Below the pieces are notes generated by a model. The model was not told the origin of the DNA. It searched no databases and worked only from the letters and a program-made list of their open reading frames with translations. From positions 18,762-82,761 of the IMG/VR virus record IMGVR_UViG_3300009034_002371: a stretch of DNA of 64,000 nt; one strand, 5' to 3'. A program made the position numbers and the translations under genes. This stretch comes from a virus. This document shows positions 54,802 through 64,000 of this stretch, one piece after another. Numbering within the stretch: position 1 is the stretch's first letter; the number at the start of each line of letters is the position of its first letter.

Positions 54802-57792
54802 ATGGCTGATGATGATTTTGTATACCCGGGTCCATCTGACGTTGAACTCAGAGATCCTTTTGAGCCTCAGAGCTCACTTCCGACCGCGCCCCCGTCTCCT
54901 GAGGCCGAGGCAGTTTGGAGTGAGCAGTCTCCAAGGCCTGTACTTCCCTGGCAAGGTGAGCGTGGGTGGGCTGCTGTCGTCCCTACGCAGGCTGATGTTA
55001 GGGCTTCTGTTCCAACCGCTGAGCATTATCCTTATGTTTGGATTGACGTTTACACAGGGGAGAGTCTTAACGAGACTAGATACCCCTGGGGAATAGCACA
55101 GCAGTATGGTGGCGGTGACTTTTCAAGAGTTGCTTTTGACAGCAAGGATTTTGTGCGTTTAGCTGATGTACAGGGGCTACGTGTTAGGTTATCTACTAGC
55201 TCGGGTTCCCCAGGTACCTGTACTATTTCTTTACAGAACGCCCTTGTTGGGAGGGAGCGGGACGATGGAACCTGGCACTGGGAAAGACACCATTTCAAAT
55301 CAGGTCGTTTTAGCGATGGGCAAACTGTCCGGTATCTGCAGCGACGCCCCGATACTCGAGGCAAAGGTGCCCTCTGGTTTAGAGGTAGGTTGCGGAAAGT
55401 TCTGACTGGTGAGTCTTATGATGTTATTCTGGAGGAAAAGCCTTTCAAGGTTGTTTGGGAAGCTAACGGTGGGCCCTCTGCTTCTGAGGTCGATTTTCGG
55501 GCGGGTGAGTTTGAAAGGGTTACTGATGAGGAGGGACGTGAAGAGTTTATCATCGCTCGGGGATCTCGCTTTCGAGGAGCAAGTGCCTTAGATCCTAGTT
55601 GCTTCTTTGTGGAGACAGCTGGAGAGCCAATCTTTGAGCCTATGCAGAAAATCAAAATCTTCGGCATGAACAGGTTTGCTCCCGAGAAACTAAACGGCTT
55701 CCCATACCGACCATACTCAGGTCCTGGCGGTGTGAAACCGGAGGGTGAGGAAGACAAACAGGTTACTAGCGGGGAAGTCAGTACTTCATCGAGATTTCGC
55801 CCTAGAGAGCGTTCTATCGATGGCACGTTTATACCTGAACAGAAGATGTTTCAATATAGTGGAGAAGCTGCTTACTTCTATGCCACTCCAATCTTTACCG
55901 GGTTCATTACCGATGTAGCAAATACACAGCAAGGTCCAGACTGGCGTGTAACTATTACAGCGCGCGATGTGACATGTTGGCTCGACTATAGTCAGCTTAA
56001 TGTTAACCCCTCCATAAATATTTTCAATGCAGATTTTATTCGTGAGTTAGAGGAACAGAATTGGCAGATCTATACCAGTCGATTTGAAACAATGCCGGCG
56101 CATGAAATAGTTAGGGCGCTTTACCTGGGGCTATATGAGGCGAGAATAAGCACGAAAGAAACTATAACGGACTTTGATCTCCTACAGGTTACAACGCTCT
56201 TCCCGTCGGCAGCTCAGCTCAGGGCAAGACTTATCGAGGCCAACTCTGTACAGGGTGCATATTTCTATTTTCAACGACCTGAGCGGGATAGTAATCCTCC
56301 GCGATTTAGGATAACAGGTGAACGTGGTCGACCTATAGTGTTGCCGTTTAACGCCAGGGTATTTATACGAGGACAGTGGCCCACGGACGGAGATCCTGAG
56401 TGGTATTATGTAGCTACAATTGGTGGCCAGTTGGGGTGGGTTAGTGCAAAGGATATAGGAAAAGTCCAGGCTACCTATAACGCTGTTGGTCATTTCAGAG
56501 AGATGCAAGATTCATCTACCCCGCTTATACCTATAGGTATGTCTACGGACCAGATAAAGAGCATGTTCGCTTACGATAAGCTTATTATTAACCCAGCAAT
56601 AGAGCCTGGTGATGACCACGCAATAGGTGCCTACGAAAGGTATATGAGGCAGAACTGGCCTCTAGTTCAATCAGAGTATGTATCTCGGCGTAGTATTATA
56701 AACCAAGTTACGAAGCATGCCAACTGTGAATCCTATGCTGACGGGGATGGTCGTGTATGGTTCCATCCTGTACGCGCTTACCTTTCAGTTTCGGATCCTG
56801 TATATATTATACATCCTGAGGAAACTACTACTTGGGCGTTTACTTTTTCTGATAGGGAGATCGTTACCTGGGTCCACGTACATGGTGAATTCTTATTTAA
56901 CACAATACCCGGTGAGTGGTTATATGGTCAGATAATGGAAAATGAGGACATGATAAAAAGGTTCGGTATCCGAGCCATCCATGTCTCCAATCCTAACATT
57001 AAAACAAGACCAGCTGCAAGAGCACTCGCGAGATCGCTTGCCAAACGAATTAACGCAAATAAGGTTACAGGTTCAGTTACTATTATATTTCGCCCTGAGA
57101 TGCAGCTAGGTAGGAATGTTTATATACCATGGTTAAATGTAATTGGTTATGTTTCTAATATAGATCATAACATACAGTGGGGGAGGACGGCTACGACAAC
57201 TCTCTCCTTAAGGTATGTACGCCATCCTTGGGAGCCCTGGAGTCCCCTGGAATATGATGCGCCTAAGATAATTACTAAGCTTGATGATTGGTGGAGAAGG
57301 GACAATCCATCTCGAGGGCGCTCACCAGCATCTAAGGGAGAGGCGTCTTTTGAACAGGAGACGATACCGGATAAGAACATTACTACAGCCCGCAGAACAC
57401 CAGATAAATCTGAGGGCGGGTACAAGATGCGGGACTATGTACATCATGCTTATAAAGAGGCAGCTAAAAGTATACAGAAGAATCTGGATGTGCTGTGTCG
57501 CGTGACTAAGGGTCGAGACCCGAGGGGAGCAGAACCTTGGAGGAGGGGTATTGCGCTTAAAGTTGAACTAGATACTATGGTATCCGCTATGGGTCCCGGA
57601 GCGAAATACACTAGAGCGGCAGCCGCTACAAACTTACCTCTTGTTATGAAAACTTTTAGAGAAGCAGGTTTTAGAGTTGTAAATAACTATATATCTACAG
57701 CGAGATGGGAGGTGGAAGATTCTAGAGGTCATCTAGTTCTTGTTTATAGTGAACCACCACCAGCGGATATAGTTCCGGAGGATGAGCTTTAG
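54802..57792 (+). CDS. Baseplate hub protein (gp27/gpD-like) with insertions including an SH3b-like domain (alternative start 54775)
   Basis: IFTGFITDV, ITARD, YADGDG.VWFHP, RFGIR, GSVTIIFRPEMQLG, YVSNIDH.I......TTLSL. Confidence 0.7.
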   Translation: MADDDFVYPGPSDVELRDPFEPQSSLPTAPPSPEAEAVWSEQSPRPVLPWQGERGWAAVVPTQADVRASVPTAEHYPYVWIDVYTGESLNETRYPWGIAQQYGGGDFSRVAFDSKDFVRLADVQGLRVRLSTSSGSPGTCTISLQNALVGRERDDGTWHWERHHFKSGRFSDGQTVRYLQRRPDTRGKGALWFRGRLRKVLTGESYDVILEEKPFKVVWEANGGPSASEVDFRAGEFERVTDEEGREEFIIARGSRFRGASALDPSCFFVETAGEPIFEPMQKIKIFGMNRFAPEKLNGFPYRPYSGPGGVKPEGEEDKQVTSGEVSTSSRFRPRERSIDGTFIPEQKMFQYSGEAAYFYATPIFTGFITDVANTQQGPDWRVTITARDVTCWLDYSQLNVNPSINIFNADFIRELEEQNWQIYTSRFETMPAHEIVRALYLGLYEARISTKETITDFDLLQVTTLFPSAAQLRARLIEANSVQGAYFYFQRPERDSNPPRFRITGERGRPIVLPFNARVFIRGQWPTDGDPEWYYVATIGGQLGWVSAKDIGKVQATYNAVGHFREMQDSSTPLIPIGMSTDQIKSMFAYDKLIINPAIEPGDDHAIGAYERYMRQNWPLVQSEYVSRRSIINQVTKHANCESYADGDGRVWFHPVRAYLSVSDPVYIIHPEETTTWAFTFSDREIVTWVHVHGEFLFNTIPGEWLYGQIMENEDMIKRFGIRAIHVSNPNIKTRPAARALARSLAKRINANKVTGSVTIIFRPEMQLGRNVYIPWLNVIGYVSNIDHNIQWGRTATTTLSLRYVRHPWEPWSPLEYDAPKIITKLDDWWRRDNPSRGRSPASKGEASFEQETIPDKNITTARRTPDKSEGGYKMRDYVHHAYKEAAKSIQKNLDVLCRVTKGRDPRGAEPWRRGIALKVELDTMVSAMGPGAKYTRAAAATNLPLVMKTFREAGFRVVNNYISTARWEVEDSRGHLVLVYSEPPPADIVPEDEL

Positions 57793-57802
57793 GAGTATGT
57801 GA

Positions 57803-59920
57803 ATGGCTATTGGTACTCCCGGACATTTTTATAGAGATGGTTTAGAATCGGGTCCTAGCCCCTATCTTCGGTGGGGTATAGTTGAAGATGTGTATGAAAC
57901 AGATAACTTTTATCCTGCCACAGATGAGTTCGGTAACATAGATAGAGCTATCCCCCTGTCATATGCTCGGTCTGTTACTATTAAATGGTGTAATGCGGCT
58001 GCAGGTCGTTCTACGGTTAAGTTTGTGGAACCCTGGGGCGTAACATCTATGCCCCTGAAGGGCTCTGTAGCTGCAGTAGGATTTGTAGGAGGTCCTGGTG
58101 GTGAGCCTGTTATATTGGGCTTCTGGACGCAAGGGTATGCTCAGCGTTTGATTAAGGGGCCGGAAGATGAACTGGGTACTGGGGAGTTGGGACCAGGTCT
58201 AAAACCCGGTCAGGAGATCTGGCGCAGGTCGGGTTGGCGACTTCGTGTAATACCCTATTACAATGATGTACGGAAGTTTGATGAGCAGTATGTACAGTCT
58301 CCGTGGGCGTTAGATTTAATAGCCGGGGAACAAGCAGACAAGGCATGTTTCTGTCCTAAATGTCAAACTAGATATGCTGCTACGGAAGAGCGGGATTCAG
58401 AAACTGGCAAACTGAAACTTACATGTCCGACTGAGTGTCCTGAGTGTGGTGGTAAAGCTATCCTGGTTACGAGTTCTGTGGCAAGCGGGCAGGGTGAAGC
58501 GTGGCTTGTTGTTCAGGAGATAAGGCTCGTTAACGCGATAATGAAAGAACTTTCGGACCTATATGACGAAATAATTATAGGTGCTAACATCCCAGATATT
58601 ACATTGCAGGTTGAGATTCAGAGGCGGTGGCGCCGTTTTCGTGATACCGAGTTAAGGCGTAAATGGGGAAGAGAAGTCGGAGGCTTTTTTAGAGCCCAAG
58701 TTGCCGGGTACTGGGAATCTATTCTCAGGGAATATTTTACAGTTGGTAATCTCCTGACTTATGCACATGATGCCCCGATTATGACTGGCCCACTTGTTCT
58801 TTTACTACATCAATATGTAGAAGGGTGGCTGCTTACGCATCTCACTAACTATCTAATGGTAGATGGTAGGCTTACCAAGGCACAGAGAGATGCGCTTATG
58901 AACAGGCTCAGGACTAATCTCGTAGCCTATATAACAGACTATACGCCACGGTTGATAGAACAGATGGTCAAGCAGGCTATAATGAATAAGGCCAGAGCTT
59001 ACCTCACTGATGTAGTTTCACGGCTCCGGAGGAAGGCAGTTAACTGGTTACATAAGACCTTTCTTAAAACAGCTAAAGACGCGGCTCTTGGTTTTATCAG
59101 GGATAAGTTGGATATAGATTGGAAAGGGTTTAGATGGGTACGTGATACAGCTGGTCAAACTATTGCTGATTTTTATGAGAAAGTTGCAGAGTTCGACCTT
59201 GTTGCGGAAATGAGGAAAGCACTTGACGAGGGTTTAGAAGATCCAGAAGAACTTCCGATATTAGAACTCCGGGGAGAGCAAGCTATACGTTCTGTGCTAA
59301 ATCCGGAGTCTGGTAGGGAAGAGGGTCAAGGAGATAAGGCATCTAGGTTTACTCTCAGATTGTATAGGGACGGCGAACTACATATTCAAGTACAGGAAGG
59401 GCTCTTTCTCTACTGTCGTGCAGACGGTACCTTTGAGCTTGACTGTGAAGCTATAGATTTTACAGCTAATAAACTCGATGTATTACTTCGTGACTTTTCT
59501 CGTATAGTTGTTCAAGATATCTTAGCCATAGGTAATCCTCTCGGAGAAGCTGGTCCTCAACCTTTTAAGAAGGTAACACTCGATGAAGATAATGTAAGGG
59601 AGTATGACCCAGGTCCCGCTGGCATAAGTACGAGGCGGTTTGTAGAACGAGTTGCATGGGCATATATCTCGCAACAGTTAGGACAACTATTTGCTCAGGC
59701 GCCTGTAACGCCTACCGATGGCGGATTAACGTTTAAGACATACCTAGCAACACAACTCCTCGGGGGCAGTCCCCTGAGCTGGAACCTGGGGTCGTCTCTC
59801 CCGCTAGGCATATCGTCTCTTGCGGAAGCTATTGGAGTCCTCAAACAGCTAACAATCCCCCCACCGGATTCCATTGTTGGTAAAACTGAAGCATCTGCAG
59901 AGCATATAGAAGGCAACTAG
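57803..59920 (+). CDS. Central spike (gp5/gpV OB-fold) protein with Zn-ribbon and helical insertions
   Basis: GIVEDVY...SVTIKW...MPLKGSVAAVGF...PVILGF, then LKPGQ. Beta-strand C-terminal part. Position between hub and gp25. Confidence 0.6.
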   Translation: MAIGTPGHFYRDGLESGPSPYLRWGIVEDVYETDNFYPATDEFGNIDRAIPLSYARSVTIKWCNAAAGRSTVKFVEPWGVTSMPLKGSVAAVGFVGGPGGEPVILGFWTQGYAQRLIKGPEDELGTGELGPGLKPGQEIWRRSGWRLRVIPYYNDVRKFDEQYVQSPWALDLIAGEQADKACFCPKCQTRYAATEERDSETGKLKLTCPTECPECGGKAILVTSSVASGQGEAWLVVQEIRLVNAIMKELSDLYDEIIIGANIPDITLQVEIQRRWRRFRDTELRRKWGREVGGFFRAQVAGYWESILREYFTVGNLLTYAHDAPIMTGPLVLLLHQYVEGWLLTHLTNYLMVDGRLTKAQRDALMNRLRTNLVAYITDYTPRLIEQMVKQAIMNKARAYLTDVVSRLRRKAVNWLHKTFLKTAKDAALGFIRDKLDIDWKGFRWVRDTAGQTIADFYEKVAEFDLVAEMRKALDEGLEDPEELPILELRGEQAIRSVLNPESGREEGQGDKASRFTLRLYRDGELHIQVQEGLFLYCRADGTFELDCEAIDFTANKLDVLLRDFSRIVVQDILAIGNPLGEAGPQPFKKVTLDEDNVREYDPGPAGISTRRFVERVAWAYISQQLGQLFAQAPVTPTDGGLTFKTYLATQLLGGSPLSWNLGSSLPLGISSLAEAIGVLKQLTIPPPDSIVGKTEASAEHIEGN

Positions 59921-60189
59921 TCTCTAGTATATGGCTAAAAGCCTTTTATCCCCCTTATAAGCCACTTTTAGCTTAAGCGTTATGTAAAGTCCCGTTTTTA
60001 TTTATGCCGCCCCTTAAAACCCCGGTTCCCGACGCAGGTCCAATTTTCAGATTCGGGCCGCATCTTTTTGCTGCGTACTTATTTCAAGGGGCTAGCAAAT
60101 ACGTTTAGAAAACTAGTTATAAAAACCTTATGAATCCGTGGACTGAGCGCACTTGAGTTTTACTACTTCGTAGGGATAGAGAACTAAAA

Positions 60190-60696
60190 ATGAGTTTTGA
60201 TATAGGTAAAACAATACCTTGTGACCATGTAGACAGGTATGGCAACACCTATCATAGCCCTGAACGAATAAACCTATGCCCGAAGTGTGCGGGTAGCAAC
60301 GAGTATTACGATTTCGTTTGGAGCGTTGTATCTGGAGATATAGAGTTGGTTGAGGATAATCCATTACTTCAAGAACTCTGTGTTAAAGCTGTTGTAACCG
60401 CGAAAGGTGACAATATATTTCACCCGAGTTATGGAACTTCTATTGCTGATTCCGTAGGTGCTCCCTCATCGTCCATTGAAGCAGTTGCCCGATTGATTGA
60501 GCGTGAAATCGTCAAGGGTATCGGAGCTGTAAGATTTAGACAGGACCAACAGTTGGAACTTGGGCAGGAGATGAGTGACGATGAGCTTCTCCATTCTCTT
60601 GATGGAATAGAGATAGGAATAGCAGATGAGAGAACCTTATCTGTAACTTTGCGTATCATAGCGGAGTCAGGGAGCTCACTGGTATTTACTATTTAG
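60190..60696 (+). CDS. gp25/gpW-like baseplate wedge protein with N-terminal Cys/His finger
   Basis: LLQE..KAVVTAKGDNIFHPSYGTSI...VG. N-terminal PCDH...CPKC.G. Confidence 0.75.
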   Translation: MSFDIGKTIPCDHVDRYGNTYHSPERINLCPKCAGSNEYYDFVWSVVSGDIELVEDNPLLQELCVKAVVTAKGDNIFHPSYGTSIADSVGAPSSSIEAVARLIEREIVKGIGAVRFRQDQQLELGQEMSDDELLHSLDGIEIGIADERTLSVTLRIIAESGSSLVFTI

Positions 60697-60708
60697 GAGG
60701 TGCTTTGT

Positions 60709-62160
60709 ATGGGAGCTAGTGGCATTAGAAGCTATGATGAGATAGTAGAAACTCTGCTAGCAGAACTGCAGAGTACGCAGCCCAATGCTAATCTAGCTAT
60801 TGGAACTGCTAATAGAGACTTACTTGTCGATGTTCCAGCTAGCTCGCTAGCTGAACTATATGGTGAGGTTGCTATTGCTCAGGAGGCTCAGTCAGTCAGA
60901 GATGCTATCAACGAGCATCTAGATAGGCTTTTGGCTAACTGGGCACTATATAGAAGGCCGGGAACAAGAGCGCGCGGCTCTATAATCTTCTATCGAGATA
61001 CTGTTCCTATTGCTGATATAGAGATCCCAGCGGGTACGATGCTGCAGACTTCTACAACAATAGAGCAAGACTCCATAGAGTTTGTTACTACAATAACTGT
61101 GACTATGTTAGCAGCACAGGCGTCGGATTATTATAATCCTGCGGAGGATAGGTATGAGATCCAGGCTCCTATAGAGGCGGCTATTAGCGGGATCTCGGGT
61201 AATGTTGGTCCGGGCACCGTCACTGCATATACGGGGACTGCAGATGTCAGTGGAGTTACCAACATTACTTCGACAAGTGGTGGATCTGATGGTGAGACAG
61301 ACATAGAGTTGCGAGCAAGAGGTACATCAGTGCTTGCGGGTGTGAATGCAGGCACTAAACAAGGTTATGAGATTCTAGTAGAGACTATCCAGGGAGTTCA
61401 GAATGCAATCGTAGTTGATCCAAACGATTCGGAGATGGAGAGGGTTAGAGATGGCGGCGGTGCAGATGTCTGGATTGAAACTCAGGAGATTGAAGAGGCA
61501 ACGGAAACGTATACCTATCCATCAGGGGAAACCTATAGATCGTTGGAGAACAGACCCGTGTTATCCATCTCGTCGGTTAAATCGGATGGGGTATTGTTAG
61601 TCCCTGGTACAGATTATGAGTTCGGTTATGATACTGGAGTCTATGCTAGATCTGTATATTCAAGGGACCGCCTTAACTGGATAATAACCCCGGTTGTAGG
61701 TTCTACTATTGAGATAATATATGCCCACACGGATCTCATTCAGACCCTACAGGATCTCCTAGATGCCGATGATAATCATCATGTTGGTGCGGAAATAGTA
61801 GCTAAGGTTGCTTACTACGCCGATATAGATGTTACTATGACAGTTGAAGTGCTCGCGGGATATAACCCAAGTGATGTTACAAGCACTGTTAATACTGCTA
61901 TTACAGCGCACATTGAAGCGCTCGAGCTAGGTGATGGAGTACAACAGTCCGATCTAATTGCTCTAGCAGAAGTAACGCCAGGTGTGGACTCCGTGGTTCT
62001 TCCGCTTACAACATTTCAAGTAACGCGAGAGCTTTCCGGAATTACCGATGGCCCTGATGAGGTGGAAGGAGTTGCAACGGGAGCTACTACTGGTAATCTA
62101 GTGCTACGGCGCTTTGAATCGCCTAGAGTAGACGTTGTTCAGATAAACTATTACGTATAG
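60709..62160 (+). CDS. Baseplate J / gp47-like wedge protein
   Basis: GGAGGTG SD. LDRL..NW.L.R, IPAGT, G.SGNV, GGSDGETDIELRAR, GT..GY, GGADVWI, TPGVDSV. Confidence 0.9.
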   Translation: MGASGIRSYDEIVETLLAELQSTQPNANLAIGTANRDLLVDVPASSLAELYGEVAIAQEAQSVRDAINEHLDRLLANWALYRRPGTRARGSIIFYRDTVPIADIEIPAGTMLQTSTTIEQDSIEFVTTITVTMLAAQASDYYNPAEDRYEIQAPIEAAISGISGNVGPGTVTAYTGTADVSGVTNITSTSGGSDGETDIELRARGTSVLAGVNAGTKQGYEILVETIQGVQNAIVVDPNDSEMERVRDGGGADVWIETQEIEEATETYTYPSGETYRSLENRPVLSISSVKSDGVLLVPGTDYEFGYDTGVYARSVYSRDRLNWIITPVVGSTIEIIYAHTDLIQTLQDLLDADDNHHVGAEIVAKVAYYADIDVTMTVEVLAGYNPSDVTSTVNTAITAHIEALELGDGVQQSDLIALAEVTPGVDSVVLPLTTFQVTRELSGITDGPDEVEGVATGATTGNLVLRRFESPRVDVVQINYYV

Positions 62161-62169
62161 GAGTAAGAG

Positions 62170-63903
62170 GTGGCTGATTTTGAAACCACTCCGGCAACTG
62201 AACCAGTTTCTATTAGAGCACAGATGCTGGAGCGTTTAACTAGATACTATCCTAGAGACTCTCGTAATACCAACTTCTACAAATTTCTATCGGCTCTTGG
62301 CGATATAATGACCGATATAGATTTTGAGGTAGATTATACTATCCTGGATAATGGTATCGACGAGGCTCGAGTAGCTGCCCTATACCCCAACTTTGGGTAT
62401 GTTGCTGCCGATCTCCCTCCTAGAGGAGACCTAAACTGGGGGTGGGACGATTATAGGTTTATGCTGAAAGTGTTAACAGAGGCATGGACCGTTTACGGCT
62501 CTACCAAGTTTGGACTACGTAGAGTGGTACAGGTAGCAACTGGGGTCTCTCCTTACGTCTTTGAACACTACTGGCACGCGGGCTGGATTCTAGGACAGTT
62601 CGCATTGGGCGCTACTGCCATAGTACAGACCGGTAATTATATATGGAACTCGGTTTCACTCCCTGCGGTAAGCACTTATGACTTTGAAGCTATATGGCCT
62701 CAACAGCAAACTAGAGTCTGGGCTTGTGGTACGGATGGAGCTGCCGGACAGATATGGAGAAGTCAAAACGCTGGTGAGACGTGGTATACTATGTCCCCTC
62801 CAGCAGCTGTCATATATTATGATATCCATGGAATCTCTCCTTCTAAAACCTGGGCCTGTGGTGATACTGCAGCAGCCGCTATAGTTGTTCAATGGCATCA
62901 TATTTTTGGCTGGAGTACTGTACTTAGTGTCCCTGGTATCTCGTTTAGAGGGATCTGGATGCGTTCTTCTCAGGAAGGTTGGGTAGTTGGTACACTGGGT
63001 ACTGTTTATCACTGGAGTGGAGGTACATGGACGTTAACTGCTATTCCCGGACCTGCTTTATCTCTCTTTGCAGTAGACGGGACACCAGATGGATATGTAT
63101 ATGCTGTAGGCGCTAGTAGTAAAGTTGTTAGGTACGACCCTACAACTTTAACTTGGTCAGATGTTTCTGTGCCAGGACCTCCTCAAGATTTTAGGTCTGT
63201 CTCTGTAGTAGATAGGGATACAGCTTATGCTTGTGGTTTGACAGGAGCTGTCAGCTGGACAACTGATGGTGGCGCATCTTGGTCAAGTACTGTGATCCCA
63301 CCCGCCCTCGACTTACATGGTATTTCGGCTTCTTCAGACGGACAGGATATCCGTGTAGTAGGAAGAACCGGGGTGTTATACTATTCTCAGGATGGTGGGG
63401 CTACTTGGGGAACTGAATCTTATCAAGGCTCGTTAGTTGACCTGAATGGTATCCGTATGCGCCCTAACGATACTATGGGGTTTATATGTGGGGATAACGG
63501 AGTGCTCTTACGGCGTAACGGGCAGTCTCCGGGATATACGCTCTCCAATGGAGAGTTTTTAGCAAACGGTGAACTTATAGATGGTGCTATTCTAGAGTCC
63601 CGTTATGGTAGAAGAAACTCGGTTGATGTTATTGTTTGGAACGTTATGGATTATAATCTGCTATGGCGTTTCCTTACTGAGATGAAGCCCGCACATGTTA
63701 AGTTATTTATCATGTTTGAGCATCCATTTATAATGGATTACTACTATTATGATGAAGACTTTTATACGGGCGCCCACAGGAGGCATTTGTTAGCAGATGT
63801 TGGGCCGGGAAGGGGTACAGTAATTAACGGCCGGACGTACGGTGAGTCGATGAGCAGAGTCGTGGTGAACGAGGGGGAGTTGTTTATACCACAACTACCT
63901 TGA
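62170..63903 (+). CDS. gpI-like baseplate wedge protein with inserted YCF48/BNR-type beta-propeller
   Basis: N-terminal YYP..NFYKFL...YRFML...GST..GL. Repeats WACG/WVVG..G and TTDGGASW/SQDGGATW. C-terminal EMKPAHV. Confidence 0.75.
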   Translation: MADFETTPATEPVSIRAQMLERLTRYYPRDSRNTNFYKFLSALGDIMTDIDFEVDYTILDNGIDEARVAALYPNFGYVAADLPPRGDLNWGWDDYRFMLKVLTEAWTVYGSTKFGLRRVVQVATGVSPYVFEHYWHAGWILGQFALGATAIVQTGNYIWNSVSLPAVSTYDFEAIWPQQQTRVWACGTDGAAGQIWRSQNAGETWYTMSPPAAVIYYDIHGISPSKTWACGDTAAAAIVVQWHHIFGWSTVLSVPGISFRGIWMRSSQEGWVVGTLGTVYHWSGGTWTLTAIPGPALSLFAVDGTPDGYVYAVGASSKVVRYDPTTLTWSDVSVPGPPQDFRSVSVVDRDTAYACGLTGAVSWTTDGGASWSSTVIPPALDLHGISASSDGQDIRVVGRTGVLYYSQDGGATWGTESYQGSLVDLNGIRMRPNDTMGFICGDNGVLLRRNGQSPGYTLSNGEFLANGELIDGAILESRYGRRNSVDVIVWNVMDYNLLWRFLTEMKPAHVKLFIMFEHPFIMDYYYYDEDFYTGAHRRHLLADVGPGRGTVINGRTYGESMSRVVVNEGELFIPQLP

Positions 63904-63914
63904 GGTGATTAAGG

Positions 63915-64000
63915 ATGGCTGATCAAATAGATCAGGGTGCGGCGCAGGAGTTAAATCAGGGTGCGTGGCAAGCCCCTACTGCGAGTGAATCTTCATCGAG
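63915..64000 (+). CDS. Start of another Ser-rich modular protein with tandem QGAxQ motif (3' truncated)
   Basis: GAGGTGA SD. Reads MADQIDQGAAQELNQGAWQAPTASESSS to the window end. Confidence 0.7.
   Translation, partial: MADQIDQGAAQELNQGAWQAPTASESSS

Larger units (their letters stand above)
1..64000 (+). mobile_element. Segment of a large contractile-tailed (myovirus-type) phage genome: glycosylation cluster plus neck, tail and baseplate module
   Basis: Co-oriented, tightly packed genes. Canonical order sheath-tube-chaperone(frameshift)-tape measure-hub-spike-gp25-baseplate J-gpI at 48-64 kb, with adaptor/neck-like genes upstream. No housekeeping genes. Confidence 0.9.

Noticed and set aside
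5403-60709. Longest-ORF start calls at 5403, 7516, 12268, 18411, 21437, 24827, 28088, 42261, 48013, 50360 and 60700
   Set aside because: Downstream starts have better SD spacing, stop/start overlaps, or agree with paralog N-termini.
632-62160. TAG reassignment (alternative genetic code), suggested by in-frame continuation after TAG at 632, 3606, 24820 and 39828
   Set aside because: Other TAG-ended genes (14925, 15863, 25654, 41250) are followed by genes in a different frame, and long genes contain no internal TAG. Only the 3606 case is kept as a local anomaly.
37-63012. Numerous 60-200 aa minus-strand and nested ORFs in the ORF track
   Set aside because: They overlap well-supported + strand genes or structured gaps and show no recognisable motifs; treated as shadow ORFs.
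48046-63903. Extracellular contractile injection system or tailocin rather than phage
   Set aside because: Adaptor/neck-like genes and a G/GT frameshifted chaperone are present and no Afp15-like ATPase is seen. No capsid gene lies in the window, so this is disfavoured rather than excluded.

Overview
The whole window looks like the late (structural) region of a large contractile-tailed phage, with essentially all genes on the + strand. The host is probably bacterial, given Shine-Dalgarno (SD) sites, sigma70-like promoters and an SH3b-like insert, but it cannot be identified. Bases 1-34.4 kb hold a very large glycan toolkit: 16 genes carrying about 19 glycosyltransferase (GT) domains (GT4, GT9-like, seven CgeB/Glyco_trans_1_2-type, GT8-like, GT32-like, GT2), two amino/acetamido-sugar cassettes, five class I methyltransferase domains, a B12 radical SAM enzyme and an APH-fold kinase. 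Interleaved with this toolkit and with the neck genes (23.5-48 kb) is a family of signal-peptide-less modular proteins (beta-helix, DNRLRE, Ig-like, LVIVD propeller) joined by poly-Ser(Cys/Phe) tracts. Bases 48-64 kb hold sheath, tube, a -1 frameshifted chaperone, tape measure and baseplate genes. The best candidate for a new system is a set of glycosylated Ser-rich virion appendages that appear to assemble by split-domain or donor-strand complementation. One beta-helix is cut cleanly in two across neighbouring genes, its terminal QGAxQ motif has moved in tandem to the N-termini of other genes, and one Ig domain lacks its last strand. Also notable is a long intergenic hairpin displaying the exact complement of a recurrent CGGAGAGGAG ribosome-binding motif. 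All assignments come from motif reading by eye; no database searches or folding programs were run.
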